From positions 30,442,001 to 30,506,000 of the forward strand of contig CM069155.1 in NCBI GenBank assembly GCA_035221665.1: a DNA stretch of 64,000 nt, read 5' to 3'. The notes beneath the pieces were generated by a model. It was not told where the DNA came from. It searched no databases and saw nothing but the letters and a program-made list of their open reading frames with translations. How positions within the stretch are numbered: the first letter of the stretch is position 1; each line of letters starts with the position of its first letter. A program made the position numbers and the translations under genes. Source of the DNA: Okamejei kenojei (taxonomy: Eukaryota). Of this stretch, positions 1 through 11,381 are shown one piece after another.

Positions 1-1272
1 GAACCTACATTTGTTTTAACTAATCTCTTTCTCTTCACATATCTATAAAAACATTTGCAGTCAGTTTTTATGTTCCCTGCCAGCTTCATAATCTATTTTT
101 CCTTTCCTAATTAAGCCCTTTGTCCTCCTCAGCTGGTCTCAGAATTTCTCCCAGTCCTCTGGCATGCTGCTTTTTCTGGCTACTTTGTACGCATCATCCT
201 TTGCTTTGATATTATCCCTGGTTTCCCTTGTTATCCACGGATGCACTACCTTCCCTGGTTTATTCTTTTGCCAAACTGGAATGAACAATTTTTGTAGTTC
301 ATCCATGCAGTCTTTAAATGTCTTCCATTGCATATCCACTGTCAACTCTTTTAGAATTAATTGCCAGTCAATCTTGGCCAATTCACGTCTCATACCCTCA
401 AGGTTACCTTTCTTTAAGTTCAGAACCATTGTTTCTGAATTAACAATGTCACTCTCCATCCTAATGAAGAACTTGACCATATTATGGTCACTCTTGCCCA
501 AGGGGACATGTACAACAAGACTGGTAACTAACCCTTCCTCATTACTCAATACCCGGTCTAAAATAGCCTGTTCTCTCGTTGGTTCCTCTACATGTTGATT
601 TAGATAACCATCCCGCATACATTCCAAAAAATTCTCTTCCTCAGCACAACTGCCAATTTGATTCACCCAATCTATATGTAGATTGAAGTCACCCATTATA
701 ACTGTTTGCCTTTGTTGCACGCATTTCTAATTTCCTGTTTGAGACCATCTCCAACTTCACTACTACTGTTAGGTGGCCTGTACACAACACCCACCAGAGT
801 TTTCTGCCCCTTAGTGTTTCGCAGCTCTACCCGTACCGATTCCACATCCTCCAAGCTAATGTCCTTCCTTTATTGCGTTAATCTCCTCTCTAACCAGCAA
901 CGCTATCCCACCTCCTCTTACTTTCTCTCTGTCCCTCCTGAATATTGAATATATTTGGATGTTCAGCTCCCAGCCTTGGTCACCCTGGAGCCATGTCTCC
1001 GTGATCCCAACTATATTATAATCATTAATAGCTATCTGCACGTTCAACTCATCCACCTTATTACGAATACTCCTTGCATTGAGACACAAAGCCTTCAGGC
1101 TTGTTTTTACAACGCTCTTATCTCCTGTACAATTATGTTGAAAAGTGGCCCTTTTTGATTTTTGCCCTGGTTTTGTCTGACTGCCACTTTTATTTTTCAC
1201 CTTGCTCCCTATTGCTTCTACCCTCATTTTACACCCACCTGCCTCTCTGCTATTGTACCATCCCGCTGCCAA
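1..1272 (-). mobile_element. 5'-truncated CR1-clade LINE, ORF2 apurinic endonuclease region, continuing past the window start
   Basis: ORFs 856..1305 and 139..720 carry APE motifs (LCLNARSIRNK, ITETWL, IMGDFN, SDH). Reverse complement aligns closely with about 48203-49480 of the full-length copy. Confidence 0.93.
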
Positions 1273-1494
1273 ATGGTCTACCTGCAGCGCCACCGTAGTC
1301 AACACCCGGGTATTCCGATCGGTGGAGTGAGGGCTGACTGAGATTCCTTTAGATACTATTTAATCTCCTGCTGGACCTATGGGCTCATTCATTTGAAAGA
1401 AGGTTCTGGGGCCCAAACTGAAGACTAGCTACATGTTTATTTATTTCAAATTTCTGATGTTTCATCTTTGATATTTCATGTTTCATATTTTATT

Positions 1495-3128
1495 CTTTTT
1501 TTAAATAATTTATTTATTAGAAGTAAGTACATTACACTTTAATGGTACCTTTTTACAGGTTCCCAGAGTTATTAAAACATTATTTGTACAACTTCCTTTA
1601 AAAAAAAAATTTTAGAAGAAATGAGAATGAAAGAAGTAGTGAAGAGTAAAGAATACTCGAGTGAGTGTAGAGTGAAGAAAGAAATAAGTGAGAAAGTAAA
1701 GCAGAAAGGAGATTCTCCCACGCAACAAGTCGATGTTTTTTTTAAATATTCTTAATCATTTTTCAGTCAAACCCAGAATGTTTAATTTTATGATGATGTT
1801 ACACCGCATGATTCTACAAGGTCAATGAATGGAGACCACCTAGTTAAGAATTGGTCTTTTTTTCTATTAGGAGGAGTCTCATTTCTTCCAAATGGGCCGT
1901 TTCCAACATAGTACCAATCCACATTTTGAGTGTTGGTATAGTAGCCTTTTCCAGAATTTGAGTATGAGTTTTTTCGCTATTATTAAACCATAATTAAAAA
2001 AATGAAATTTGGGATATATTTAATTTATTTACATCTCCAAATACTCCAAAGATAATCATTTCCATGCTAGGTTCCATTTTTATCTTAAATAAACTAGTGA
2101 ATATATCAAATATATCACACCAAAAACTTTGAAGCTTTGTGCAAGAAACGAAAGAATGTGTAAAATTGGCATTTGTGAAAGACATTTATCACAAATGGGT
2201 TAGATATTTGAATAAAATGTATTCAACCTAACTTTTGAATAATATAGTCTGTATAATATTTTAAATTGAATTAAATTATGTCTAGTGTTAATCGAACATT
2301 TATATATATATATCAAATACCTCTCCCATGTTTCTTTAGAAATTTTTATCATTAAATCTTTTTCCCAGTCTTCTCTAATTGCCTCTGTTGATGGCAATTC
2401 TCTATTAAGAATACTGTTATATAGATATGATATTATTTTTTGTGAGTTTACCTTAATATTCATTGCTTCTTCCAGTGCATCTATCGTTATATTCTGTAAT
2501 ATTGGTATATAATTCTTTATAAAGTCACATATCTGTAAATATTTAAAGTGTTGGTTATTATTCAAATTAAATTTTGATTTTAATCGTTGAAATGATAATA
2601 AATTTCCCATTTCATACATATTACCCAACATTTTAATTCCCAGCCTTTCCCATTGTCTATATGTTTTATCCATAAAAAGATGGTTTAAATACCGGGTTAT
2701 TCACTATTGGTGTTAATGAAGATAATTTTCTTAATTTTAAATTTAATTTTATTTGTTTCCAAATTCGAATTATATTGTGTATAATTGGATTCTTCTTATA
2801 TAATATATTATTCAATTTTATCGGGGAGTAGAGGATCGCTCCTAAATCATAAGGAAAACAATCCTCTTTTTTCCATTCTTATCCATTCCATCTGTTGAGA
2901 AGAACAATCCAACCAATAAAAAATATTCTTAATATGCACTGCCAATAATAATATAAAAAATTAGGCAGTGCAAGTCCCCCTACATCTTTAGGTTTACACA
3001 AATGATTTATTTTAATTCTATGTGCTTTGTAGTCCCATATAAAATTAATAATATTATACTCTAGTTTTTTGTTTTAATATGTTGGTATATATATTGGTAT
3101 GGATTGAAATAAATATAATATTTGTGCT
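1495..3128 (-). mobile_element. L1-clade LINE 3' fragment (ORF2 C-terminus and 3' UTR), degenerate
   Basis: ORF 2200..2673 (WEKDL...IQFKILYRLYYSK) followed by a CDKC...HSFVSC..L..FW-type cysteine/histidine domain. Homologous to the element at 11382-13648. AT-rich 3' end near 1500. Confidence 0.82.
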
Positions 3129-3351
3129 AGCCCATAGTTCATTCAATTTGATTGAGCGGCACCATCTCCCAATTGTGGAATGTTTTTTTTTATCGTCCTA
3201 ATGACTATTATCGTCATAGTGACATAGTGACATATCTTATCGTCATAGGGACATCTCAATGCTGAATCATGTTATTAATCTCCTTTCCAGTGCAAATCGT
3301 CTGATTTATCCCTTCCTTTCGAATGTGCACTATCCCAGCGAGATAAAATGT

Positions 3352-3545
3352 GTGGGGAGGAACTGCAGATGCTTGTTTAAACCGAAGATAGACACAAAAA
3401 GCTGGACCAACTCAGCGGGACAGGCAGCACCTTTGGAGAGAAGGAATGATTGACGTTTCAGGTCGAGACCCTTCTTGGTCACCCATACCTTCTCTCCAGA
3501 GATGCTGCCTGTCCCGCTGAGTTACTACAGCTTTTTGTGTTTATC
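3352..3545. repeat. Fold-back copy of the Penelope-derived short repeat
   Basis: Left arm acacaaaaagctgg...ctcagcgggacaggcagc...gagagaagg pairs with right arm ccttctctccagagatgctgcctgtcccgctgag...cagctttttgtgt. The loop holds a partial hammerhead-like core. Confidence 0.8.
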
Positions 3546-4516
3546 CCAGTTTGAAACATGGCTGTGTATTTCCTTAATTGACTAAAAGTGAGAAATGTTA
3601 AACAGATCTACGCAACTCTACTTCCCCTACTCCTTGTCCAACTGGTTCAATGTGCCCACCCACTCTCACTTTCTCAAATATTAGTTTGCGTAAATGCAGC
3701 ATCCCGTATCTCTACTTATCTTCTTCCACCTGCTGTGTCTAATTCCCCCCCCCCCGGCCTATTTTCTCGTTTTTGCTTCTCTCCCCATATCAGTCTCTAT
3801 CACCCACCCACCAGCAGCTTTCTCCCGACTATCGCTCTCCCCTTTAACATGGCACCTTCTGCCCCTTCTTAACTAATTCCACTTTTCACCAGCCAGCCCC
3901 TGCCCCATTCCCCACTCTTAGCTCTTTATATTGACTACCTCCCCTCCACAAACAATCCGGATGCACGCACTCGACCCCAAACTTTGCCTGTCTCTTTGCC
4001 ACCAGATCCTCTGACCACCTGAGTTCCTCCAGCATTTTTATTCTGCTTAATTTACCTAGCCCTCTCCGGTTGTTGTTGCACTGCCCCTCTGCAAACCAGT
4101 GCCATCTTTCCCATCTTACTTGATCGATTTTAATTTTCCGGTGAGTTGTGTATTCCATAATCAGTCTGAATGAAATCTACGGTACTGGGGTACCCTACTG
4201 GATAACTGGACTACGGCAGCGGCAACATTGTCACTGTTGTGAAAATATAACCAGAGAAGGTGACTCTGCACATAATTGGGTGGTTGCGAATTAACGCTTC
4301 CATAAACTTACAGCTGACGCGTTGCATTAGCAGTTGCTGGCGTATAACTATCATTGATACCCGTCTAGAACGTAAAAAATATGCGATGTTTAAAACCGGC
4401 CAAGGGAAAATCCTATGTAAATCTGGTATGTAGTAACGGAGACAGTCACTGATATGCTTTTAAATGTGAGACCAGATCATTGACAAAAATTGGACCACGG
4501 TTCACGGAAGTACGTA

Positions 4517-4715
4517 GGAAGGAACTACAGTTACTGGTTTACACTGAAGATAGACTGGTGTAACTCGGCGGGACAGGCAGAATCTCTGGATAGAAACCAT
4601 GCGTGACCCTTCTTCACACAGCAGGGCAGTCCATCTATCCAGATGCCTTGTCCCGCTGAGTTACTCCAGCATTTCGTGTTTATCTTCAATATAAACCAGT
4701 ATCTGTAGTTCCTTT
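4517..4715. repeat. Fold-back copy of the same Penelope-derived short repeat
   Basis: aaggaactacag...ctggtttacactgaagatag at the left end is the reverse complement of tttatcttcaatataaaccagtatctgtagttcctt at the right end. Confidence 0.75.
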
Positions 4716-5086
4716 CATAGCCATTCATTGTTCTTTCCCGCCGTAACCCACCTGGAATTACTTTAAAAAGACAAACTTGGATTAGTTTAATTCGGCGCCA
4801 TCGCCTGGAAATACGACCATGGCGAATAAACTGTCCGTGTACTGCATCGTTTTCCGTCCTAACTGTTGCAAAGTTTATTAGCTGAACTTAAAACTTTTGC
4901 TTAGCATATTTACTAATGTATTAATGCATATTTAGGATATCATTGTTTTGGTGCAAAATAGTCGAGCAATGCAGGGCGATAAACGAGACATTATTGCTCT
5001 CCCCTCCTTAATAAATTACATTGTGCAATTGCTGTGACTGAAACAATCTATAAAAGAAAACAGACATGTAATCTCTGAGCGTGAAT

Positions 5087-5092
5087 TTTATT
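5087..5092 (-). terminator. Candidate polyadenylation signal AATAAA of light-chain cluster 1
   Basis: tttatt on the plus strand, about 37 nt downstream of the C-exon stop codon. Confidence 0.6.
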
Positions 5093-5128
5093 TCCAAATG
5101 TATCAATTCAAGACATCATATTTTTGAA

Positions 5129-5451
5129 TCAAGCACAACCAGATCTGGCGATGTTTGTCTTCAGTGGGTTTGCCTGAGTCTCGTGTTTAACCACACAGGA
5201 GTAAAGGTCGTGTGAGTTCCAGTCTGACGCTGGCAGAGTCAGGTAACTGCTGGTACTGAACGTGTTGTCCTGATCCTGCTGGGCTCGGCCTGTGTCGACG
5301 CCATCACTTCTCGCACTGCCGTCCACCGTCCACCCAATCTCCACAACGCCCGGGTTGAACCCGTTCACCAAACACACCAGAGTGGCGGTGCCCTTTCCCG
5401 CGATTTCTTCCTCTGAAGGTCCAAGGACGGACACCGCGGGAGGCTGGGGAC
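5129..5451 (-). CDS. IGLC: Ig light-chain constant exon, cluster 1 (intact)
   Basis: ttttccag|GT CCC CAG. C1-set motifs ATLVCLVNGFNP, W, SSYLTL, YSCVVKH. Penultimate Cys for the H-L disulfide (RSGCA*). 323 nt, as in the other two C exons. Confidence 0.95.
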
Positions 5452-5704
5452 CTGGAAAATAGAAAGAAGTACAGCATAGTGAATTATTAACGCTGGCCTT
5501 CCGAATCAAGTGTTTACTTTGCTTCCCCAGGTTCCAGAGACAGACCATTTGCCGTGTGAGGTAGAATTGAGTAGACGAGGATGCAATCTCTCAATTTCAG
5601 AGCAATGAATGATATTCGCATCGAAACAGGCAAACTCCTTTCATGTATTGAACGGTTGCATGCAGCGAGAACATTTCCCGAGAGAACATTCAGAATATCT
5701 TTCA

Positions 5705-5907
5705 AAGGCAGACAAACATGCTGGAGAAACTCAGCGGGTGAAGCAGCATTTATGGAGCGAAGGAAATAGACAACGTTTCGGGTCGAGACCCTTCTTCAGA
5801 TTGAAGAAAGTCTGAAGAAGCGTCTCGATCCGAAACGTCACCTGCTGAGTTTCTCCAGCATTGTTGTCTATCTTCGACATTTCCAGCATCTGCAGTTCTT
5901 TCTTAAA
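5705..5907. mobile_element. Short Penelope-derived element with two back-to-back hammerhead-like cores and a 14-bp TSD, in J-C intron 1
   Basis: Direct repeat cagaatatctttca at 5691-5704 and 5908-5921. Cores at 5772-5799 (-) and 5812-5839 (+). Confidence 0.8.
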
Positions 5908-7644
5908 CAGAATATCTTTCAGGCCGTTTAGGATTAATATGAACTGAGTATCTTCGGAACAAACTGGAATTATTGGGTAGTCTACACCTGCCCCCATTTA
6001 TTATGTTTTTATTTCCACTACTTTACAATTAATATAATTTTGCAAACACGTGAAAATGTCTGTGCAACAGAAAATCATTACTGCAGTTTGGCCAAAGGTC
6101 TGGAAACAATTCACAAATGTAAGAATAAATCAACGATTTTAGGTAGATATTTTGGAAAGAGACACTCCCGTAAATACGTTGAGTTCTATTCAATGTTCAT
6201 TCTATTTACATCCGTAAGGTTGAAAATATGATTAGGACAATCTTGATGTTTTCGATGTAAAATGAGTGATTCAGGAGGGGTGGGGGAAGGTGGGGTCGAT
6301 CAGAGGAATCAACATTAATTAAAGCGGGACTCTTACAATGAAATGCTTTGGTCTCGTTTCACTCAATTCTTGAAATTATAAGCAGCGAGATTTGGAGTTT
6401 AGCCACCAAACTCAAAATATTTCAGTGTGTCCAATTCAGATAATTTCCGCTACAATTTAAACCCCCCACCTCCTTCGCCACTTCAACTGTTTACAATTTT
6501 GCACTATTTCTGATGGATGTGCCAAAAGTATATCAGGCTACCACTGGGGCGTCGGGATGTTCACTCCCTCAACCAGCTACTCGCATTGAACAAGATCCCG
6601 GCCGGTTCACAGGAAGAAAAAAATCAAAAGTCTGCTAAACAACTTCATCCTCCCGCGATACGTACACATGGGCAAGGTCATGAGTCCTAAAGTCACACAA
6701 TGTGCAAGTTCATTAAATGCATTTTCCAACCAATAACGACAGTTATTATGAATGAATGTTTATCGATACACCAATCCGAAGAAGAAATTTCAGTTCGAAA
6801 GTAATGTCCCCAGATGTATCCAGGCCAATACCTTACTGCCTTTGGATACTCGGGTTGCGAAACGTAAGATATCAATGCAAATTCCCTCTTAGTGTAAATA
6901 CAATCTGTTCTCTTCCCAAGGAATGAAGTACTCTATTGTGTAAAACACAAAATGCCGGAGGAACTCGGAGGATCAGGCAGCATCTTGGAATGGAATGAAC
7001 AGGTTAATTCGCTTCACATCTGCTGCCTGGCCCACTGTGTTCCCCGGCACTTTGTGTTTTATTCAGAATTTAAGCATCTGTATTTATTGTACGGCCCTTC
7101 TCTTGCTATCTTAAAACACAGTTCACGCGGTCCTCGTTTCAATAGCACCAAATGCTGTTAATAATGTCGCACCAAAAGGATTTTTTTTTGACACGCTCCA
7201 GAAAAAGCGCGGATTTTTTACATTTTAGATCTTTAAATTGTTTCTATAATTGTGGAGTTGGATATCAGATGCATCCGCTGCAAATTGCACGGATGCTGAT
7301 ACAATGGAGGGACTTCAACCTTCATTCACAAATTAATTCCTAGGTTGCGGAGATTGTACTACAGAGAGAAGTTATACTGGCCGGGACTGTGCTTTGAAAG
7401 CAGGGACAATATCATAAATATTTCCTATTGCCTTTGATAGTTTTAGATACCGGGATGCCGGTTCTAGGCTTGGAATTCTGGAAGGGAGGGGACGATGTCA
7501 AGGCAGGTGAACATAAACTTAGTTATTAGATGGCGCTGAATTATTTGAAATCTCAACCTAAGAGCGCTGTTGGAGCTCATGCGCCGACGATGTGTAACGT
7601 AGATGTTAAGTTACGGGCTTCAAGGCATGTTCTATTTGAATGTT

Positions 7645-7769
7645 TAAAAAGGAACTGCAGATGCTGGAAAATCGAAGGTCGACAAAAATGCTGGAGAAAC
7701 TCGGCGGGCGAGGCAGCATCTAAGGAGCGAAGAAAATAGGCGACATTTTGGGCCGAAACAGTTCTTCAG
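7645..7769 (-). mobile_element. Short Penelope-derived element, single arm, 16-bp TSD
   Basis: gttctatttgaatgtt (7629-7644) and gttctattagaatgtt (7770-7785) flank the repeat. Its 5' end begins at a degenerate CTGAAGA box. Confidence 0.75.
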
Positions 7770-8668
7770 GTTCTATTAGAATGTTCTAATTTTGGAGATG
7801 AGTGAGACTTGTAACAATTTCACACACCAGCCCCTGCAACATCAATCGAAAAATGCTCACCATTGTGTTTGCTGTGAAATAAAATGCGACGTACACAGGT
7901 TTTATAATTGCGTTTTTGGTATTTGCTGACAATGAGTTTTAGTACGGGAGTCGATTCAAAATGTGTTTCCTCGTCGAACATTACGGCGAAGATCCTCATG
8001 GTTCATTGCTAAACACACAATCAAACAATTCTCTAATTTCATCGGTGCATCAGTTTTGGCTTCGATACTGACACAGCTATTTTTTCTTTGAATCTATCAC
8101 ACACGACAATGCTACATCCAGACCAAACCATTCCCGTCTCAACTCAAAGTTGAAACGCTCGGTAAGAGGATCATCTAATAAGTGACGGCGAGATCCGCTC
8201 CAAGTTTTTAACACGCAAACATGGAGACTGCAGATGCTGACATCTAGAGCAAACAAAAGCAAACTGGTGGACGAACTCAGTGGACCAGGCACCATCTGTG
8301 TACGTAACACATTGGAATTCACGATGCTGGGTCTCAACCTGAAATGCCTCCACAGATGCTGCCTTACTCGCTGAGCGCCTCAGCCAGTTTGATTATTTCC
8401 CCCAGGTTTTAATCACACTACGCAAAAGGAAGTGCAGTCCGTTTTCTTTAAATCTCACCGGAGGCTATTCACCTACCCTGTATTAATATATTTTAATGGC
8501 ATCAATTTCCATTTATATTCTACACAAAGCAAATTGGGGTTTGTTTTATTCGCTTCCGCATTATTGCAAGAATTGGAGGACTACTTGTTGAACGTTTTGA
8601 AAACCGGTTAAAATTAAAGCTGGTGATTTGTCAAAAGCCATTTTTCAGAGAGCCATTATTTTACTTAC

Positions 8669-9008
8669 TGCTCAGATTCAGTTTGGTTCCTTTCCCGAAT
8701 GTAAGTACACCAGCTTTTGCCACTGACAGTAATAATCGGCAACATCCTCCGATCGCACGTTGTTGATGGTCAGGTGCATCTTGTTGTTTGGCTCATCGAC
8801 GGTGCCGGTGAATCGATCTGGAATTCCAGAAGCTCTGGAGCTCTCATACCACACAAGGACCGGTGCGCTGTCGGGCTTTTGCCAGTACCAGCTCGTGAGC
8901 AGCTGCTCATCTGGGCTCCTGACATAGTACAAATGATCTTGACCGTTTCCCCCGGAGAAGTAGAGGTGGACGTAGGGTCCTGAGTCACCAACATCTCTGC
9001 GATTGAAG
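8669..9008 (-). pseudogene. IGLV: Germline-joined VJ exon of cluster 1 with two 1-nt frameshifts
   Basis: Acceptor ttcaccag|CT TCA. FR1 EMLVTQDP...VKIIC is in one frame, SWYWQKPD...DYYC in a second, and J TFGKGTKLNLS with A|GTAAGT donor in a third. Exon is 340 nt. Confidence 0.88.
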
Positions 9009-9098
9009 CTGGTGAAATAACATATTAATATTCGTAAACATTCCATCTATCAGCAGAATGCAAAAATCAGCTGCCTGGTGATTAGGTTTCCTACTTAC

Positions 9099-9147
9099 CA
9101 TGGAAACAGAACACTAATGCGGCTAGAACGCAAATCCATTCAGTCAT
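9099..9147 (-). CDS. IGLV: Leader exon, cluster 1 (MTEWICVLAALVFCFH)
   Basis: accATG Kozak context, hydrophobic signal peptide, CAT G|GTAAGT donor, 90-nt intron to V. Confidence 0.9.
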
Positions 9148-9246
9148 GGTGAAGGAGGTGGCGAGGGTCAGAAACTAAATGTTTTCCAACAGAGGTCCGT
9201 TTCTGGTTCTTTAGAAATCTCCCCTTAAGAACTCCTCGACATCACA

Positions 9247-9290
9247 ACGTCACCGAGTTTTAATTATTCATGCAAATCTCTATCCAAGTG
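9247..9290 (-). promoter_or_regulatory. Light-chain promoter 1: E-box (9285-9290), octamer ATTTGCAT (9270-9277), TGACGT half-site (9247-9252)
   Basis: Octamer in the canonical light-chain orientation about 123 bp upstream of ATG. Same motif order in all three clusters. Confidence 0.85.
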
Positions 9291-10595
9291 ACATCGAATT
9301 ACTGGATCATTGTAGAGTGATATTGGCAAATCATCAGGCTGTTTTCTTGCATGGGGGTAGGGCAGAGGGCGGAGGGTATAGCTAGAATCATAGAGGAGAG
9401 CAGAAGAGTAGCAAATTGCATGGCCAGATGTGGGAACTGCTATGCAGTCAGTGGGTCGGCAGGCAGATATATTTTGTGCAGAAACAAAAAATAGTAGGGA
9501 TGCTCAACACCTCAGAGAATACATGTGAAGGGAAAAAGGACGTGAACTTTTGTTAAGTCGATAAAGCTTCACCAGAACCAAGGAAACAAGCTCTTCACAG
9601 ATGCTACCCAGTGTCACCACCATTTACTGTTTTTATTTCAGATTTCCAATGTCGCAATTTTATTTTAATTTTCATCTTCGTGTTTTTGGTTGCGAGCTGG
9701 GAAGTGTGACAAAAAAAACACGTTGAAGATTTTACGAAGAATTTTAAAATTAATTTTAACCTTAATTTGTGGAAACTTTATAAACCGTGATTTTCTTTGC
9801 AGTTGTTACATATAAAATGCTATGAAGCGTGTAGGTTTTCGATGACACCACATAATCTTTGCAGCAAACCACCATATTCTTTGTGCTTGGAGAGTTTAAG
9901 CTTCAAAACAGTTCACAATGTGTATATGTATATTTTTAGGTTATAATACTGTGTGACGAGCTAACAATTCAGAAGACGTTCCCGACATTTCCGTATTCAT
10001 CGCCATAGGACTGAAAGCATTAATACTTCAATTGTCAACTCGAAATGCTCAGGGCCGATTGATGGTCAAGAGAAAACAAGGCGCATTGAATTGAATCATT
10101 GCAATGAAGATATGAGAAAGACAATTCCGTTTTGCACGATTACACATTTGACAAAACAAAAGGACCATGGTTACCTTGAAGTATTTGTCACTGTGGGCGA
10201 TAATATAGTGAAACAAATTTCTGAATGGGTAAAACAACAAATCAGAAAATAAGGACACTTGGAAACTTTGGAGTTAAATTGGCTCAATTGGATAGGCTGA
10301 GATCATTGTCGAGAAATTATAAGAGTTTAGAAAAATAACTCTTAGAGTAACAGAGTCATTGACGGCTACAGTGTGGAAACAGGCCCTTCGGCCCAACTTG
10401 CCCACACCGGCCAACAATGCCCCAGCTACACTAGTCCCACTTGCCGACGCTTGGTCCATATCCCTGCAAACCTGTCCGATCAATGCACCTGTCTAACAAT
10501 TCCTTAAACCAGTTTGGCCCGTGAGGTCATTCTGAGGACTGGATAGGCACGCGTGACTTGGATTGGTACTTTTTCAGTCTTCAGTCTTCAGGCCT

Positions 10596-10803
10596 CTAGT
10601 TGAGGCCAGTTCGTTGGCCATATTTAAGAGGGAGTTGGATGTGGCCCTTGTGGCTGAAGGGATCAGGGGGTATGGAGAGAAGGCAGGTACAGGATACTGA
10701 GTTGGATGATCAGCCATGATCATATTGAATGGCGGTGCAGGCTCGAAGGGCCGAATGGCCTGCTCCTGCACCTAATTTCTATGTTTCTATGTTTCTATGT
10801 TTC
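10596..10803 (+). mobile_element. CR1-clade LINE 3' end with (CTATGTTT)n tail
   Basis: Near-identical to about 51073-51277, ending ctatgtttctatgtttctatgttt. Confidence 0.9.
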
Positions 10804-11381
10804 AAGGCACCGGACAGCGGACGTAACATTAATGGCTTGGAACCACCTTGTCCTTGAATTGGTACTGGCTAAATGGTTGACATAGCTGCTGATCAGTTCA
10901 GTGACGTTTTCGGACATTAGATTGTATGCGGAAGTCACAAACTACACGATCAAGGTGCACCAACCATGTTAGCTTTGCGCTCCGTCGCTGGACATTTGGC
11001 TGCATTTACATTCAGAGATTAATCCGCACTGAGAAAACGCGGCACAGGAAGGCCAATTGATCCATTTGAGTAAAATGTTTCATTGTGTGTTTCTTTTAAT
11101 ATTATACGATTATTTAAAAATATTGGAGACTTTCAGATGTAGTGAGTTTTTTATAGTTTTAATAAGTGACAAATCTGGAGGTGTGTTTTGCAATCTATTT
11201 GTGCAAGAACCACGTAATTATGAATGAAAATGCTGTATATCTGAAATAAACATGAAAAGACTGGAAACAGTTATTAGGTCAGATGGCACCTATGACCACA
11301 GGTGACTTTTCAGATCCATGGCGCTTGGTTTCTGCGGGAAATTATTCTTTCACAGACTCAATTAAGTAGGGGGGTTATTTT

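Larger units (their letters stand above)
5129..9147 (-). pseudogene. IGL: Ig light-chain cluster 1 (lambda/type II-like, germline-joined L-VJ-C), frameshifted in V as assembled
   Basis: Exons 9147-9099, 9008-8669 and 5451-5129, all with GT/AG phase-1 junctions. Spliced length 712 nt is not a multiple of 3. Confidence 0.8.

Noticed and set aside
5452-5548. N-terminal extensions of the C and V ORFs in the ORF track (also 29306-29321, 35578-35623, 54530-54557)
   Set aside because: Read-through into introns. The true exon starts are the polypyrimidine-AG acceptors.
6875-6882. Intronic octamers (6875-6882, 56103-56110) as J-C enhancers
   Set aside because: Not at equivalent positions across clusters, and an AT-rich 8-mer is expected several times by chance in 64 kb.
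8669-9147. VJ exons as processed pseudogenes, TCR or IgNAR genes
   Set aside because: Introns and octamer promoters are retained. A single C domain with penultimate Cys and no transmembrane exon fits an Ig light chain.
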